From positions 4,670 to 68,669 of the forward strand of contig JAUYQH010000200.1 in the NCBI GenBank assembly GCA_030697365.1: 64,000 bases of DNA, in the 5' to 3' direction. The DNA is from Novosphingobium sp. GTDB lineage: Bacteria; Pseudomonadota; Alphaproteobacteria; Sphingomonadales; Sphingomonadaceae. Position 1 is the first letter of the stretch. Each line of letters opens with the position of its first letter. The translations under genes and the position numbers were made by a program. Below, one piece after another: positions 21,427 through 30,499 of the stretch. The notes beneath the pieces were generated by a model. That model did not search any database and was not told the origin of the DNA. It worked only from the letters and a program-made list of their open reading frames with translations.

Positions 21427-22388
21427 TGGCGACGCTTCCCCACACCCCCGACAAGGGTGACTTCGAGACCGCGGCGACGACCAAATCCTCGACCTCGACC
21501 CGCACCCCCAAGACCGCACCGCGGGTCCGCCGCGACAAGGTCACCAGCCACGACAGCTTCCTCAACTACGGCAACGGCCGCTGGTGGAAGATCGCCATCG
21601 TCATCGCGGTCGTTTCGTTCGCGACCTATTTCCTGATCGACGTCGAGCCGCGTCACAACGGCGGATCGTGGTACGGCTATACGATGGGCACGATCGGCTT
21701 TGCGCTGATCCTCTGGCTGACCCTGCTCGGCGTGCGCAAGCGGGCGATGACTCCGGGACGGTGGAGCCTCAAGGCGTGGACCAGCGCGCACGTTTATCTC
21801 GGGCTCAGCCTGATCGTGATCGGCACGCTCCACACCGGGTTCCAGCTGGGCTGGAACGTTCACACGCTGGCGTGGGCGCTGATGATGCTGGTGATCCTGT
21901 CGGGACTGTTCGGGATCTACGTCTACGCCACGCTGCCCAAGGCGCTGTCGGCCAACCGTTACGACGAGGACGGCGCGATCACCGAGAAGGTGATGATCGA
22001 ACAGATGAAGCAGCTCGATCGCCAGATCCACGATGCCGCACAGCCGCTCGACCCCGAAGCCGCGACCATTGTCGAGCGGAGCCTGGGCGAGAACGTCTTC
22101 GCGGGCAGTTTCTGGCAGCGCGCCCGCAACAGCTATCCCGGTGACCTGACCCGGATCGCGATGGGCGAGCTACGCAAGTTGCGCAACTTCCGGCCGCGAA
22201 CCGACGACGATCCGTTCGAGCGGGTCGAAACGCTTCTGTCCAAGAAGGAGGCCCTGCTCGCGAAATTGCGACGGCACCTCCAGCTCAAGTCGTGGCTCCA
22301 AGCCTGGCTCTATATCCACGTCCCTGCAACCTTCGCGCTGATCGCCGCGCTCTCTGCGCACGTGTTCAGCGTGTTCTTCTACTGGTGA
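21426..22388 (+). CDS. Membrane protein with ferric-reductase-like di-heme b ligands
   Basis: ATG overlaps the upstream TGA (TGATG); His pairs at codons 21789/21831 and 22317/22359, each H-X13-H in a hydrophobic helix. Confidence 0.8.
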   Translation: MATLPHTPDKGDFETAATTKSSTSTRTPKTAPRVRRDKVTSHDSFLNYGNGRWWKIAIVIAVVSFATYFLIDVEPRHNGGSWYGYTMGTIGFALILWLTLLGVRKRAMTPGRWSLKAWTSAHVYLGLSLIVIGTLHTGFQLGWNVHTLAWALMMLVILSGLFGIYVYATLPKALSANRYDEDGAITEKVMIEQMKQLDRQIHDAAQPLDPEAATIVERSLGENVFAGSFWQRARNSYPGDLTRIAMGELRKLRNFRPRTDDDPFERVETLLSKKEALLAKLRRHLQLKSWLQAWLYIHVPATFALIAALSAHVFSVFFYW

Positions 22389-22395
22389 GCGGCGC

Positions 22396-24276
22396 ATGAG
22401 CTTTCTTGTCCGCCAGATCGCACTGAAGGCCAGCGGGGACGAGATCGTCCGCGCAAAAAGGGTCGATGGCGACGAAATGAAGATCGGCCGTGACGGCGCT
22501 TGCGGCCTCCACCTGCCCGATCTTGCGGTCGATCCCGAGCACGCGCTGGTCACCCAGCTTGACGAGACCCACATCGAGATCGAATCGCTGCACGGCCAGC
22601 CGTTCGAAGTCGATGGCCAGTCGGTCCAGCGCAAGGAGCTCGACGTCACGCTCGGCTCCGAACTCAAGTTCGGCAGCCACCGGATCAAGCTGGGGCAAGA
22701 TGCGCGCAGCCGCTTTCCGACGTTTACCGTGCGCCGCGAAGCGCCGCTGTCGCACTCCAACTCGGATCCCGACACCAACGAGGCCTATACGCTCAAGGGA
22801 CTGGTCCCGGGCAAGCGGATGAGCGCCTGGGCGTTCGCCGCGATGGTCCTGCTCGCGTTCCTCGCCTGGCCGATCTGGAGCTATGCCAGCTACAGCGACC
22901 TCGCGCTCAAGAAGGACGCTGCGCGGCCGGCGGGCTATCATGGCGATAAGGCGTGGGAATCGGGCAAGCTCAGCCTCGCGCACCAGGGGCTCGAGAACGA
23001 TTGCCAATCGTGCCACGTCGAGCCGTTCGTGGCGGTGCGCGACAACGCCTGCCAGACCTGCCACACCAAGGTCCACGATCACATCAAGGACACCGCGCGG
23101 TTGGTGGCGGCGCGCGGCGAGCCGGGCGGGTTCGCCTCGTTCACACGGGCGGTGGCGACGACCTTCAACAAGCCCGCGGGGCGCTGTGTCGAATGTCACA
23201 CCGAGCACGAGGGCGCGGGTGATATGGCACCCACGGCGCAGAAGTTCTGCACCGATTGCCATGCCGAGATGAAATCGCGCTTGCCCGACACGAAGCTTCC
23301 CGACGCGGCCGACTTCGGCACCTCGCACCCGCAGCTGCGCCCGACGGTGATCGCCGACACCACCGACGCAGCCAAGCCGAAGCTGCGCCAGATCGTCTGG
23401 TCGCAGGACGCCAAGGAATTCAACGGGCTGAAATTCACCCACGCCCAGCACCTCTCGACGGTCAATGGCGTTGCCCAGATGGTCCGCCGCCGCCCCAACG
23501 AGTTCCCCGACCAGGAAGGGCTCGATTGCGAGAACTGCCACCAGACAGATGCCTCAGGCGTGTGGTTCAAGCCGGTGGTGATGGAGGAATCCTGCCAGAC
23601 CTGCCACAGTCTGACCTTCGACAAGATCGGCGGGACCTTCCGCACACTGCGTCACGGTGAGCCCGAGATGGTCGTCGCCGACTTGCGCGGGTTCTTCGCC
23701 GCGGGCGCGCCGACGCGCCCGATCAACCTCGATTCGATGAGCCGCCGGGTTCCGGGCGATCGCGCCGCGGCCGAGACCGCGGGCGATTACGCACGCGCGG
23801 TGCGGTTCTATCCGACCCAGGCCGGCCAGGCGATCCAGATGCTGTTCAACAAGGGCGGCGCCTGCTTCGACTGCCACAACATCACCCGCACCGGCACCGC
23901 GGCGACTGCGGGCTACAACGTCCAGAACGTGGTCCAGACCCAGCGCTACTACCACAAAGGCTGGTTCACCCACGCCAAACACACCAAGTACGAATGCGTC
24001 GATTGCCACGTGAAGGCCCAGAACACCAACGACGCCACCGACCTTCTGGTCCCCGGGCTCGACGGCAAGGGCGGCTGCCGCGATTGCCACGTCGGCGGGA
24101 CCGGGGCCAAGCTGGCTTCGGCCTCGGTCAAGCAACCGGTGGAATCGCAATGCGCGATGTGCCACGACTATCACCTCGACGACAAAGCACCGTGGATGAC
24201 CCGCTTGCCAGCATCCCGGCGCGCCTCTTACGATCGCCGCCGCAACGCGGGTGCGGGGCAGAACGCCTCCAAGTAG
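22396..24276 (+). CDS. Membrane-anchored decaheme cytochrome c with N-terminal FHA-like domain
   Basis: KIGRDGACGLHLPDLAVDPEH FHA-like motif; TM helix AWAFAAMVLLAFLAWPIW; 10 CXXCH motifs (CQSCH, CQTCH, CVECH, CTDCH, CENCH, CQTCH, CFDCH, CVDCH, CRDCH, CAMCH). Confidence 0.92.
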   Translation: MSFLVRQIALKASGDEIVRAKRVDGDEMKIGRDGACGLHLPDLAVDPEHALVTQLDETHIEIESLHGQPFEVDGQSVQRKELDVTLGSELKFGSHRIKLGQDARSRFPTFTVRREAPLSHSNSDPDTNEAYTLKGLVPGKRMSAWAFAAMVLLAFLAWPIWSYASYSDLALKKDAARPAGYHGDKAWESGKLSLAHQGLENDCQSCHVEPFVAVRDNACQTCHTKVHDHIKDTARLVAARGEPGGFASFTRAVATTFNKPAGRCVECHTEHEGAGDMAPTAQKFCTDCHAEMKSRLPDTKLPDAADFGTSHPQLRPTVIADTTDAAKPKLRQIVWSQDAKEFNGLKFTHAQHLSTVNGVAQMVRRRPNEFPDQEGLDCENCHQTDASGVWFKPVVMEESCQTCHSLTFDKIGGTFRTLRHGEPEMVVADLRGFFAAGAPTRPINLDSMSRRVPGDRAAAETAGDYARAVRFYPTQAGQAIQMLFNKGGACFDCHNITRTGTAATAGYNVQNVVQTQRYYHKGWFTHAKHTKYECVDCHVKAQNTNDATDLLVPGLDGKGGCRDCHVGGTGAKLASASVKQPVESQCAMCHDYHLDDKAPWMTRLPASRRASYDRRRNAGAGQNASK

Positions 24277-24286
24277 AAATAATGAA

Positions 24287-25135
24287 ATGCTGGTCGCACA
24301 GATTACCGATATCCACCTTGGCTTCGAGCCGGACACGCCGGGCGAGTTCAATCGCCAGCGGCTGGATCGTGCGCTAGCTGCGCTGACCGCGCTCGATCCG
24401 CTGCCCGATCTGATGCTGGCAACCGGCGACCTCGTCGATCGCGGCGATGTCGACAGTTATCGCCGCCTGCGCGAGGCGTTTGCCGGGCTGCCCTTCCCCG
24501 TCCACTACGCGCTGGGCAACCACGACGTGCGGCGTAACTTTGCGCAAGTCTTCCCCGAGGCCGCCTTGATCGACGGCTTCCTCCAGTATGTGATCGAGAC
24601 CGGCCCGCTGCGGCTGGTCGTGCTCGATACGCTGCAAGAAGGCCGCCACGGCGGCGCGTTCTGCGAACGGCGCGCGCGGTGGCTGCGCGATACGCTCGAC
24701 GCAGCGCCAGAGCGCAATACGCTGATCGTACAGCATCATCCGCCGGTCGAAACGGGCATCGCGTGGATGAACACCGATCCGGCCGAGCCCTGGGTCCACC
24801 GCCTGGCCGATTGCCTGCGCGGTCGTCCGAACGTGGTCGGGCTGGTTTGCGGACATATCCACCGCGCGATCGTCACCCGTTGGGAGGGCGTCACCGTCGC
24901 CACCTGTCCCTCGACCGCGCCACAAGTCGCGCTCGAACTGCTCCCGATCGACCCCGAGCGCCCCGACGGCCGCCCGCTGATCGTCGCCGATCCTCCCGCT
25001 TATGCGCTGCACTGGTGGAACGGGCGCGAACTGATCACCCACTTCGACACCGCCGAAGACCACGAAGTGCTTGCCAGCTATGACGACGACCTCAAGGACA
25101 TGATCGCCAACATGCTGGCGGAACGTCCGGTTTAG
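24287..25135 (+). CDS. CpdA/Icc-like metallophosphoesterase (putative 3',5'-cyclic nucleotide phosphodiesterase)
   Basis: ATG at 24287, 10 nt after the cytochrome stop; QITDIH, TGDL, GNHD, HHPP, GHIHR metal-binding motifs. Confidence 0.85.
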   Translation: MLVAQITDIHLGFEPDTPGEFNRQRLDRALAALTALDPLPDLMLATGDLVDRGDVDSYRRLREAFAGLPFPVHYALGNHDVRRNFAQVFPEAALIDGFLQYVIETGPLRLVVLDTLQEGRHGGAFCERRARWLRDTLDAAPERNTLIVQHHPPVETGIAWMNTDPAEPWVHRLADCLRGRPNVVGLVCGHIHRAIVTRWEGVTVATCPSTAPQVALELLPIDPERPDGRPLIVADPPAYALHWWNGRELITHFDTAEDHEVLASYDDDLKDMIANMLAERPV

Positions 25136-25217
25136 GGGCGCACCTCCGACCTCCATCTCCGCTCGTGTCGAGCAGCCCCGCGCGGCAGCGATCGTCACGA
25201 AACCCGAAGTAACCGCC

Positions 25218-26588
25218 TTACCGCGAACCCCGCCCCGCGCGAGACAGCGCCAGCATTTGCGCCCCGTCGCGATTGTACAGATCGTCGCGGAACACGATCC
25301 GGCCCTCGTCGGGCGCGGCGGTGAGGTAAGTGATGTAGACGGGCACCGGCTGCTCGAGCGGGACCACCTGTTCGACGGCACCCTTCTTGGGCGCGGGCAT
25401 CTTGCCGTATAGCCAGGTGCCCAGCCGCGACGCGTCCTCGAGCCGCACGCAGCCCGAACTGGCGAAGCGCACCTCTTCCTTGAGCAGCGCCTTGTCGGGG
25501 GTATCGTGGAGGTAGATGCCCTGGTCGTTGGGGAAGTTGAACTTCACCTTGCCCATGAAATTGCCCTTGCCTGGCAGCTGGCGAACGCGCAGCTCCCGGG
25601 TTCCCGCCTCCACAGCCTTCCAGTCGATCCGCGCGGGATTGAGGACCTTGGGCTTGTCGGACCAGTCGCTCAGCGCCTGATACCCCTTAGCCTTCAAGTA
25701 GCCGACGCCGTTTTTGTTGACGTTCCACGCGATGCGGCTGCGGACCAGATCGGGCGGCACGTTCCAATAGGGATTGAGCACCGCGTTGCTCAGCAGCCCC
25801 GCCATCATCGGGGTCGGTTCGGATGGCTTGCCGACCACGACCTTCATCGAATCGACGATCTTTCCGTCCTCGAACATATAGAGCCGCGCGCCCGCTGTAT
25901 CGACCAGCACGTAACGCTTGGCCGGGTTCGCGGGGATCGCGCGGGCGCGTTCGAGGTTGAGCTGAACCAGCTCGGTCCCCTCAAGGCCAAGCTCGCGCGC
26001 GGCCAAGGCATCGCGCAGATCGTTGTAGAACGGATGCATCCACGCCATGTTGTCGACATAGCGTTCAAGCGAGGGCGCCGCGGCAGCCGCGGTCAGCGAC
26101 GCGTTGGCGGTGGGCATGATCGGCGCGAGCAGATTCGACTGGTAGGTCATCCCCGCATCGCGTGGTGCGCGGGTGCCCTGGACGTAGGCGGCGAAAGTCC
26201 TTGAAAACGCCAGCTCGGCCTTGGCCAGATCGTCGGCATCCCCCTTGCGCGCGCGTTTGAGATAGCCACGGAGGCGATCGGCCTGAAGCGCCTTGCGGCT
26301 GAGACCGTCGTAATGGGCGGTCGCGATCAGCTGGTAGAGCGCCTCGGCAGCCTGGTTGGGTGCGTCGCCCTCGATCCACAGCGGGCGATAGCCGCGGGTG
26401 ATGTAGAACGCGCGCAAGGTGGCGTCGGTTTTGGTGTTGGCGTCGAGCGCCGCCATTATCTCGGCCGGCGGGAGGTCCGCATGAGCGAGCGACGGCGCCA
26501 GCATCGCTGCTGCCGCCGCCGTGATCGCCAGTCCCGAAAGGCCGGCCGGGCGTTTACGCCGCCCGGCCAGAGATCCCAGTTTGCGCAT
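25218..26588 (-). CDS. L,D-transpeptidase family protein (YcbB/LdtD-like)
   Basis: Signal-like N-terminus; MKVVVGK, NPYWNVPP, RQLPGKGNFMGKVKF, IYLHDTP...SSGCVRL catalytic His/Cys. Confidence 0.9.
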   Translation of the reverse strand: MRKLGSLAGRRKRPAGLSGLAITAAAAAMLAPSLAHADLPPAEIMAALDANTKTDATLRAFYITRGYRPLWIEGDAPNQAAEALYQLIATAHYDGLSRKALQADRLRGYLKRARKGDADDLAKAELAFSRTFAAYVQGTRAPRDAGMTYQSNLLAPIMPTANASLTAAAAAPSLERYVDNMAWMHPFYNDLRDALAARELGLEGTELVQLNLERARAIPANPAKRYVLVDTAGARLYMFEDGKIVDSMKVVVGKPSEPTPMMAGLLSNAVLNPYWNVPPDLVRSRIAWNVNKNGVGYLKAKGYQALSDWSDKPKVLNPARIDWKAVEAGTRELRVRQLPGKGNFMGKVKFNFPNDQGIYLHDTPDKALLKEEVRFASSGCVRLEDASRLGTWLYGKMPAPKKGAVEQVVPLEQPVPVYITYLTAAPDEGRIVFRDDLYNRDGAQMLALSRAGRGSR

Positions 26589-27164
26589 TTAGCCCCGCTC
26601 GCCCGCGCGATACGAAGTGCTCGACACCGGCTGAACCACCGGGCCGCCTTCGTAATACTGGCCTTCACGGGTGTAGCCGTCAGCGCAGCCATCGTTGTTG
26701 CGATCGGTCCAGATCGCGCCGGCAAGCCCACCGACAGCCGCACCGATCAGCGCGCCTTGGAGCGGGTTGATCCCGCCGACCACCGCGCCGAGGCCCGCGC
26801 CGCCGACCGCACCGACACCGGCGCCGGTCGCCGCGCCGCCCAGCACCGAACGGCACTGGTTGGCGGCCGCCGCGTATTGCGGGCGGCCTTCGTAGTACTG
26901 GCCGTTCTGGACGTAGCCGTCGGAATAGCCGTCGTTATCGCGATCGGCCCAGATCGCGCCGCCGATCCCGCCGACCGCCGCGCCGATCACCGCGCCTTCG
27001 ATCGGCGAAAGACCGCCGACCACAGCGCCGACGCCGGCGCCCGCAGCCGCGCCGATCGCCGCACCGGTGCCGGCGCTGGCCAAGGTATCGTCATTGGCGG
27101 TTGAAGCACAGCCACCAAGCGAAAGCGCGGTGGCGCCGAAAAGCATAATGATAGTCTTGTTCAT
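26589..27164 (-). CDS. Lipoprotein with duplicated glycine-zipper + DxDxDG-like module
   Basis: ATG at 27164 with RBS; lipobox LGGC; two copies of GA..GA..G helices followed by W(A/T)DR(D/N)NDG..DGY...GQYYEG. Confidence 0.8.
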   Translation of the reverse strand: MNKTIIMLFGATALSLGGCASTANDDTLASAGTGAAIGAAAGAGVGAVVGGLSPIEGAVIGAAVGGIGGAIWADRDNDGYSDGYVQNGQYYEGRPQYAAAANQCRSVLGGAATGAGVGAVGGAGLGAVVGGINPLQGALIGAAVGGLAGAIWTDRNNDGCADGYTREGQYYEGGPVVQPVSSTSYRAGERG

Positions 27165-27269
27165 GAGGATTCTCCGCAAGTCCCATTTTAGGAGCGCGAG
27201 AGCGGCGAACAATCCGGACATCGAAACCATGGTGCAACCCGGAAGACTCGTGGCCCTCGTGTGGGGTGT

Positions 27270-27295
27270 AACGAGAGTCAGGCCCATTCCGTTCC
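27270..27295 (-). promoter_or_regulatory. EcfG (sigma-T/RpoE2) general-stress promoter for the glycine-zipper lipoprotein
   Basis: Minus strand GGAAC-N17-CGTT, exact consensus, about 105 nt upstream of the ATG. Confidence 0.7.
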
Positions 27296-27338
27296 CCGCC
27301 CGGTTCCACCGCACGCCGCGTGCTAGGCACCCGTCGGC

Positions 27339-28781
27339 TTATGCAGGCAGGGGATCGCCTTCCCTGATGGGCGAATCGCCGCGCTCTCCGGCATCGAGCA
27401 GGCGTTGGATCGGGCCAGCGAACAGCAGCATCATAACCGCCCCCACAACCGGCATGAGCGCGGTGAGCAGGAAGTACAGCGACGCACCGAGCGGCTCATA
27501 GAACCGGCCGAGATATCCAAGGGCGAAGAACCCCAAAGCACCGGCGAGCGCCGACATCGCGAACATCGTCCCGTTGACCGACGCGGGCGCATACCGCGCG
27601 ATCAGCGCTTTTGAAGGCGGGTCGATCCAGGCGTAGGCGAAGCCGAGCACGAGATAGAACAATAGCCACCCGGCGATCGGCACTTGGGCGAGCGAGGCGA
27701 GCAGTCCGACGATGACGAAGGAAGCGGCGATCATCAGGTTGCCGATGCCGATCTTGCGAATGTCGCCAGGCTCGCGGCCTCGTGCGGCCAGTCGCGTCCA
27801 GACGCGGTTGGCGAACAGCACCCCCAGAATGGTCAGGATACCGTCAGCGGTGAGGATCCAGGTAACCGGCACCTCGAACCCGCCAACCGTGCGATCGACC
27901 GCGGTATCCGCCCACACGACCATGATCCCATAGGCCTGCTGCGCCGCGGCAAACGCCAGGATGCGCGGCATCAGCGTGATCAGGATCGCCCCGATCGTTA
28001 CCCACTGCCCACGGGTCAGCGGATCGCGCTTCTCGCCACGGGTCAGGCGGTCGGGCGGAAAGTGCGGGCGTCCCAGCAGGTAGGTGGCAAGACCCACCAG
28101 CATGCCGATGCCCGCGGCGCCGAAACCCCAGTGCCAGCCGATCCTCTCGCCCATCGTGCCCGCAATCAGCGGAGCGGCCAGTGCGCCGACGTTGAGTGCC
28201 ATCAGATAAATGCCGAAGGCCCGGGTGCGGCGGGTGTCGGTGGGCGAATAGAGCCCGCCGATCTGCGCGGCGAGGTTGGCGATGAAACAGCCCCCGCCCA
28301 GAATCAACAAGAGCAGCGCGAGCAGGAACGCGCTTTCGAGCGCCATCGTCAGGTGCCCCGCGCTCATCAGCAGCGCGCCGATGGTCACGGTCCTGGTCCG
28401 CCCTAGGACGCGGTCCCCCAGCCATGCGCCAATCAACGGAGTTACCAGGATCAGCCCCGAATAGAGTCCGAAGGTTTGCGCGGCGAGCGCCAGGTCGGTC
28501 ATCGGCCCGAACACCGCTTCAAGCACCGAGCGGTAGGTTGCCAGACCGACCACGTTGCCCGAGTTGGCCGGGAGCAGGAGGTACTTGGTCATGTACAGCA
28601 TCAGCAGCGATTGCATCGCGTAGAAGCTGAACCGCTCCCACAGCTCGGTCCCGGCGAGGTAGCCGAGGCCCTTGGGATGACCGAAGAAGGCGTTGTCGGA
28701 CGAAGGCCGCGGGTGGAGTTGGCCCGAAGGATCGGCGATGGTCTGGCCGTCGAGGCCAGTGCCCGTTTCGGTCGTGGTCAT
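27339..28781 (-). CDS. POT/PTR family peptide MFS transporter
   Basis: FFGHPKGL..L..TELWERFSFY (ExxERFxYY-like), GAWLGDRVLG, multiple TM helices; start ATG at 28781. Confidence 0.92.
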   Translation of the reverse strand: MTTTETGTGLDGQTIADPSGQLHPRPSSDNAFFGHPKGLGYLAGTELWERFSFYAMQSLLMLYMTKYLLLPANSGNVVGLATYRSVLEAVFGPMTDLALAAQTFGLYSGLILVTPLIGAWLGDRVLGRTRTVTIGALLMSAGHLTMALESAFLLALLLLILGGGCFIANLAAQIGGLYSPTDTRRTRAFGIYLMALNVGALAAPLIAGTMGERIGWHWGFGAAGIGMLVGLATYLLGRPHFPPDRLTRGEKRDPLTRGQWVTIGAILITLMPRILAFAAAQQAYGIMVVWADTAVDRTVGGFEVPVTWILTADGILTILGVLFANRVWTRLAARGREPGDIRKIGIGNLMIAASFVIVGLLASLAQVPIAGWLLFYLVLGFAYAWIDPPSKALIARYAPASVNGTMFAMSALAGALGFFALGYLGRFYEPLGASLYFLLTALMPVVGAVMMLLFAGPIQRLLDAGERGDSPIREGDPLPA

Positions 28782-28864
28782 CGTGCAGCCGTCCCCCAAA
28801 GACGCTTGCCTGCGCCTGAACGGGGCGGGGTTATCAGCCGGATGATGCGCGGCAAGCGATTTCC

Positions 28865-30373
28865 TCAGCGCACTCCGGCCAACGTCTTCTGCCGTCGCCG
28901 CTGGACCGAGCTGCCCAGCCCGATAGCCTCGCGGTACTTTGCCACCGTTCGCCGCGCCAGGTCGAAGCCCTTGCCGCGCAGGAGTTCGACCAGGGTATCG
29001 TCCGAGAGGATCGCCGCGGCGTCCTCGGCCTCGATCAGTGCCCGGATCTGGGCCTTGACCGTTTCGGCCGAAACCGATCCTTCGCCATCCGCCGAGGCGA
29101 CGCCCGAGGTGAAGAAGTACTTGAGTTCGAAGGTACCTCGATCGCAGTTCAAGTACTTGTTCGAGGTGACCCGGCTGACCGTCGATTCATGCATTTCGAT
29201 CGCCTCGGCGACTGTCCGCAACGTCAACGGCCTTAGTTCGGCGACGCCGCGGCGAAAGAACCCGTCCTGCTGCTTGACCAGTTCGGCGGCGACCTTGAGG
29301 ATCGTCTTCTGGCGCTGGTCGAGCGCCTTCACCAGCCAGTTGGCATCGGCCAGTTTATCACCCAGCCAGCCGCGCGATTCCTTGTCGTCGCAGGTGCGCT
29401 TGAGTTCGACGTAATAGCTGCGGTTCACCACCAGGCGCGGCAGCGTCGCCTGGTTGAGCGCAATGTCCCAGCCCCCGTCGACGCGTCCGCGGACGAGGAT
29501 GTCGGGGATCACCGATTCCGCCGGACCGCTGCCGAAGCGCATTCCCGGCCGCGGATCATAGCTGCGCAGCTCGGCGAGCATGTCGGCGAAATCCTCGTCG
29601 TCGACCCCGCACATCCGCTTGAGCTGCGCGAAGGCGCCCTTGGCGACAAGGTCGAGGTTTTCGATCAGCCGCTTCATGCACGGGTCGTAACGGTCGGCTT
29701 CTATCGCCTGGAGTGCGAGGCACTCGCTGAGGCTGCGCGCGCCGACCCCGGTGGGATCGAGCGACTGGACCACGCGCAACGCATCCTCAACCTCACTGAG
29801 CGGGGCGCCGAGCATCTCGGCAATCTCGCGCAGGGGGGTTTCGAGGTAGCCCGCCTCGTCGAGCTGGTCGATCAGCCAGTGGGCGATGGCTGCCTCGCGC
29901 GGGTCACCTGCCGCGGGGCCGACCTGGGCGTGGAGGTGCTCAGCTAATGTCAGCGAGCCGCCGCCGCGCTCGTCGAGCAAAAGCCCATCCCCTCCGCCGC
30001 TGCTGGTTTCACCCCCGCGTTCGAGTTCGAACGACGATCCCCGCTCGCCGTCGCCGGTGTCACGGTCGCCGTCGAGCGCGGTGGAGTCGATATCGAGCGG
30101 GCGGTCGTCACTGGCGCGGCCCTCGCCGATCAGCTGATCGACCGGCGAGCTTTCGAGATGGGTGCGCCTGGGGTCGAGCGGCTCGGCTTCGAGCACTTCG
30201 CCGGGCGCCGCCGCCTCGGCGACTTCGAGCAAGGGATTGTCCGCCACCGCCTCGGCCACCACAGTCTCGAGTTCGAGGTTCGACAGCGCCAGCAGCTTGA
30301 TCGCCTGCTGGAGCTGGGGGGTCATCACCAGCGACTGAGATTGCCGAAGATCGAGGCGAGGGCCGAGGGCCAT
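28865..30373 (-). CDS. rpoN: RNA polymerase sigma-54 factor
   Basis: QSQSLVMTPQLQQAIKLL, MHESTVSRVT, RpoN box ARRTVAKYRE. Confidence 0.98.
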   Translation of the reverse strand: MALGPRLDLRQSQSLVMTPQLQQAIKLLALSNLELETVVAEAVADNPLLEVAEAAAPGEVLEAEPLDPRRTHLESSPVDQLIGEGRASDDRPLDIDSTALDGDRDTGDGERGSSFELERGGETSSGGGDGLLLDERGGGSLTLAEHLHAQVGPAAGDPREAAIAHWLIDQLDEAGYLETPLREIAEMLGAPLSEVEDALRVVQSLDPTGVGARSLSECLALQAIEADRYDPCMKRLIENLDLVAKGAFAQLKRMCGVDDEDFADMLAELRSYDPRPGMRFGSGPAESVIPDILVRGRVDGGWDIALNQATLPRLVVNRSYYVELKRTCDDKESRGWLGDKLADANWLVKALDQRQKTILKVAAELVKQQDGFFRRGVAELRPLTLRTVAEAIEMHESTVSRVTSNKYLNCDRGTFELKYFFTSGVASADGEGSVSAETVKAQIRALIEAEDAAAILSDDTLVELLRGKGFDLARRTVAKYREAIGLGSSVQRRRQKTLAGVR

Positions 30374-30398
30374 GTTTACGCTACCGTCAGCGAGTGTG

Positions 30399-30475
30399 CT
30401 TCGACAGGCTCACCATGAGCGGGTATTGGGAATCGAGTCACTCCGGAAGGTCCGCTCAGCCTGAGCTTGTCGAAG
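30399..30475. repeat. Palindromic intergenic element (CTTCGACAGGCTCA..TGAGCTTGTCGAAG class)
   Basis: Inverted ends at 30399-30412 / 30462-30475 with inner TGAGCGG/CCGCTCA pair, between lptB and rpoN. Confidence 0.8.
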
Positions 30476-30499
30476 GCCACGCACCGCAGCCCGAATCAC

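Noticed and set aside
17639-25135. Calling the decaheme system an Mtr-type extracellular electron-transfer pathway
   Set aside because: No beta-barrel porin or outer-membrane cytochrome in the locus; the cytochrome is inner-membrane anchored
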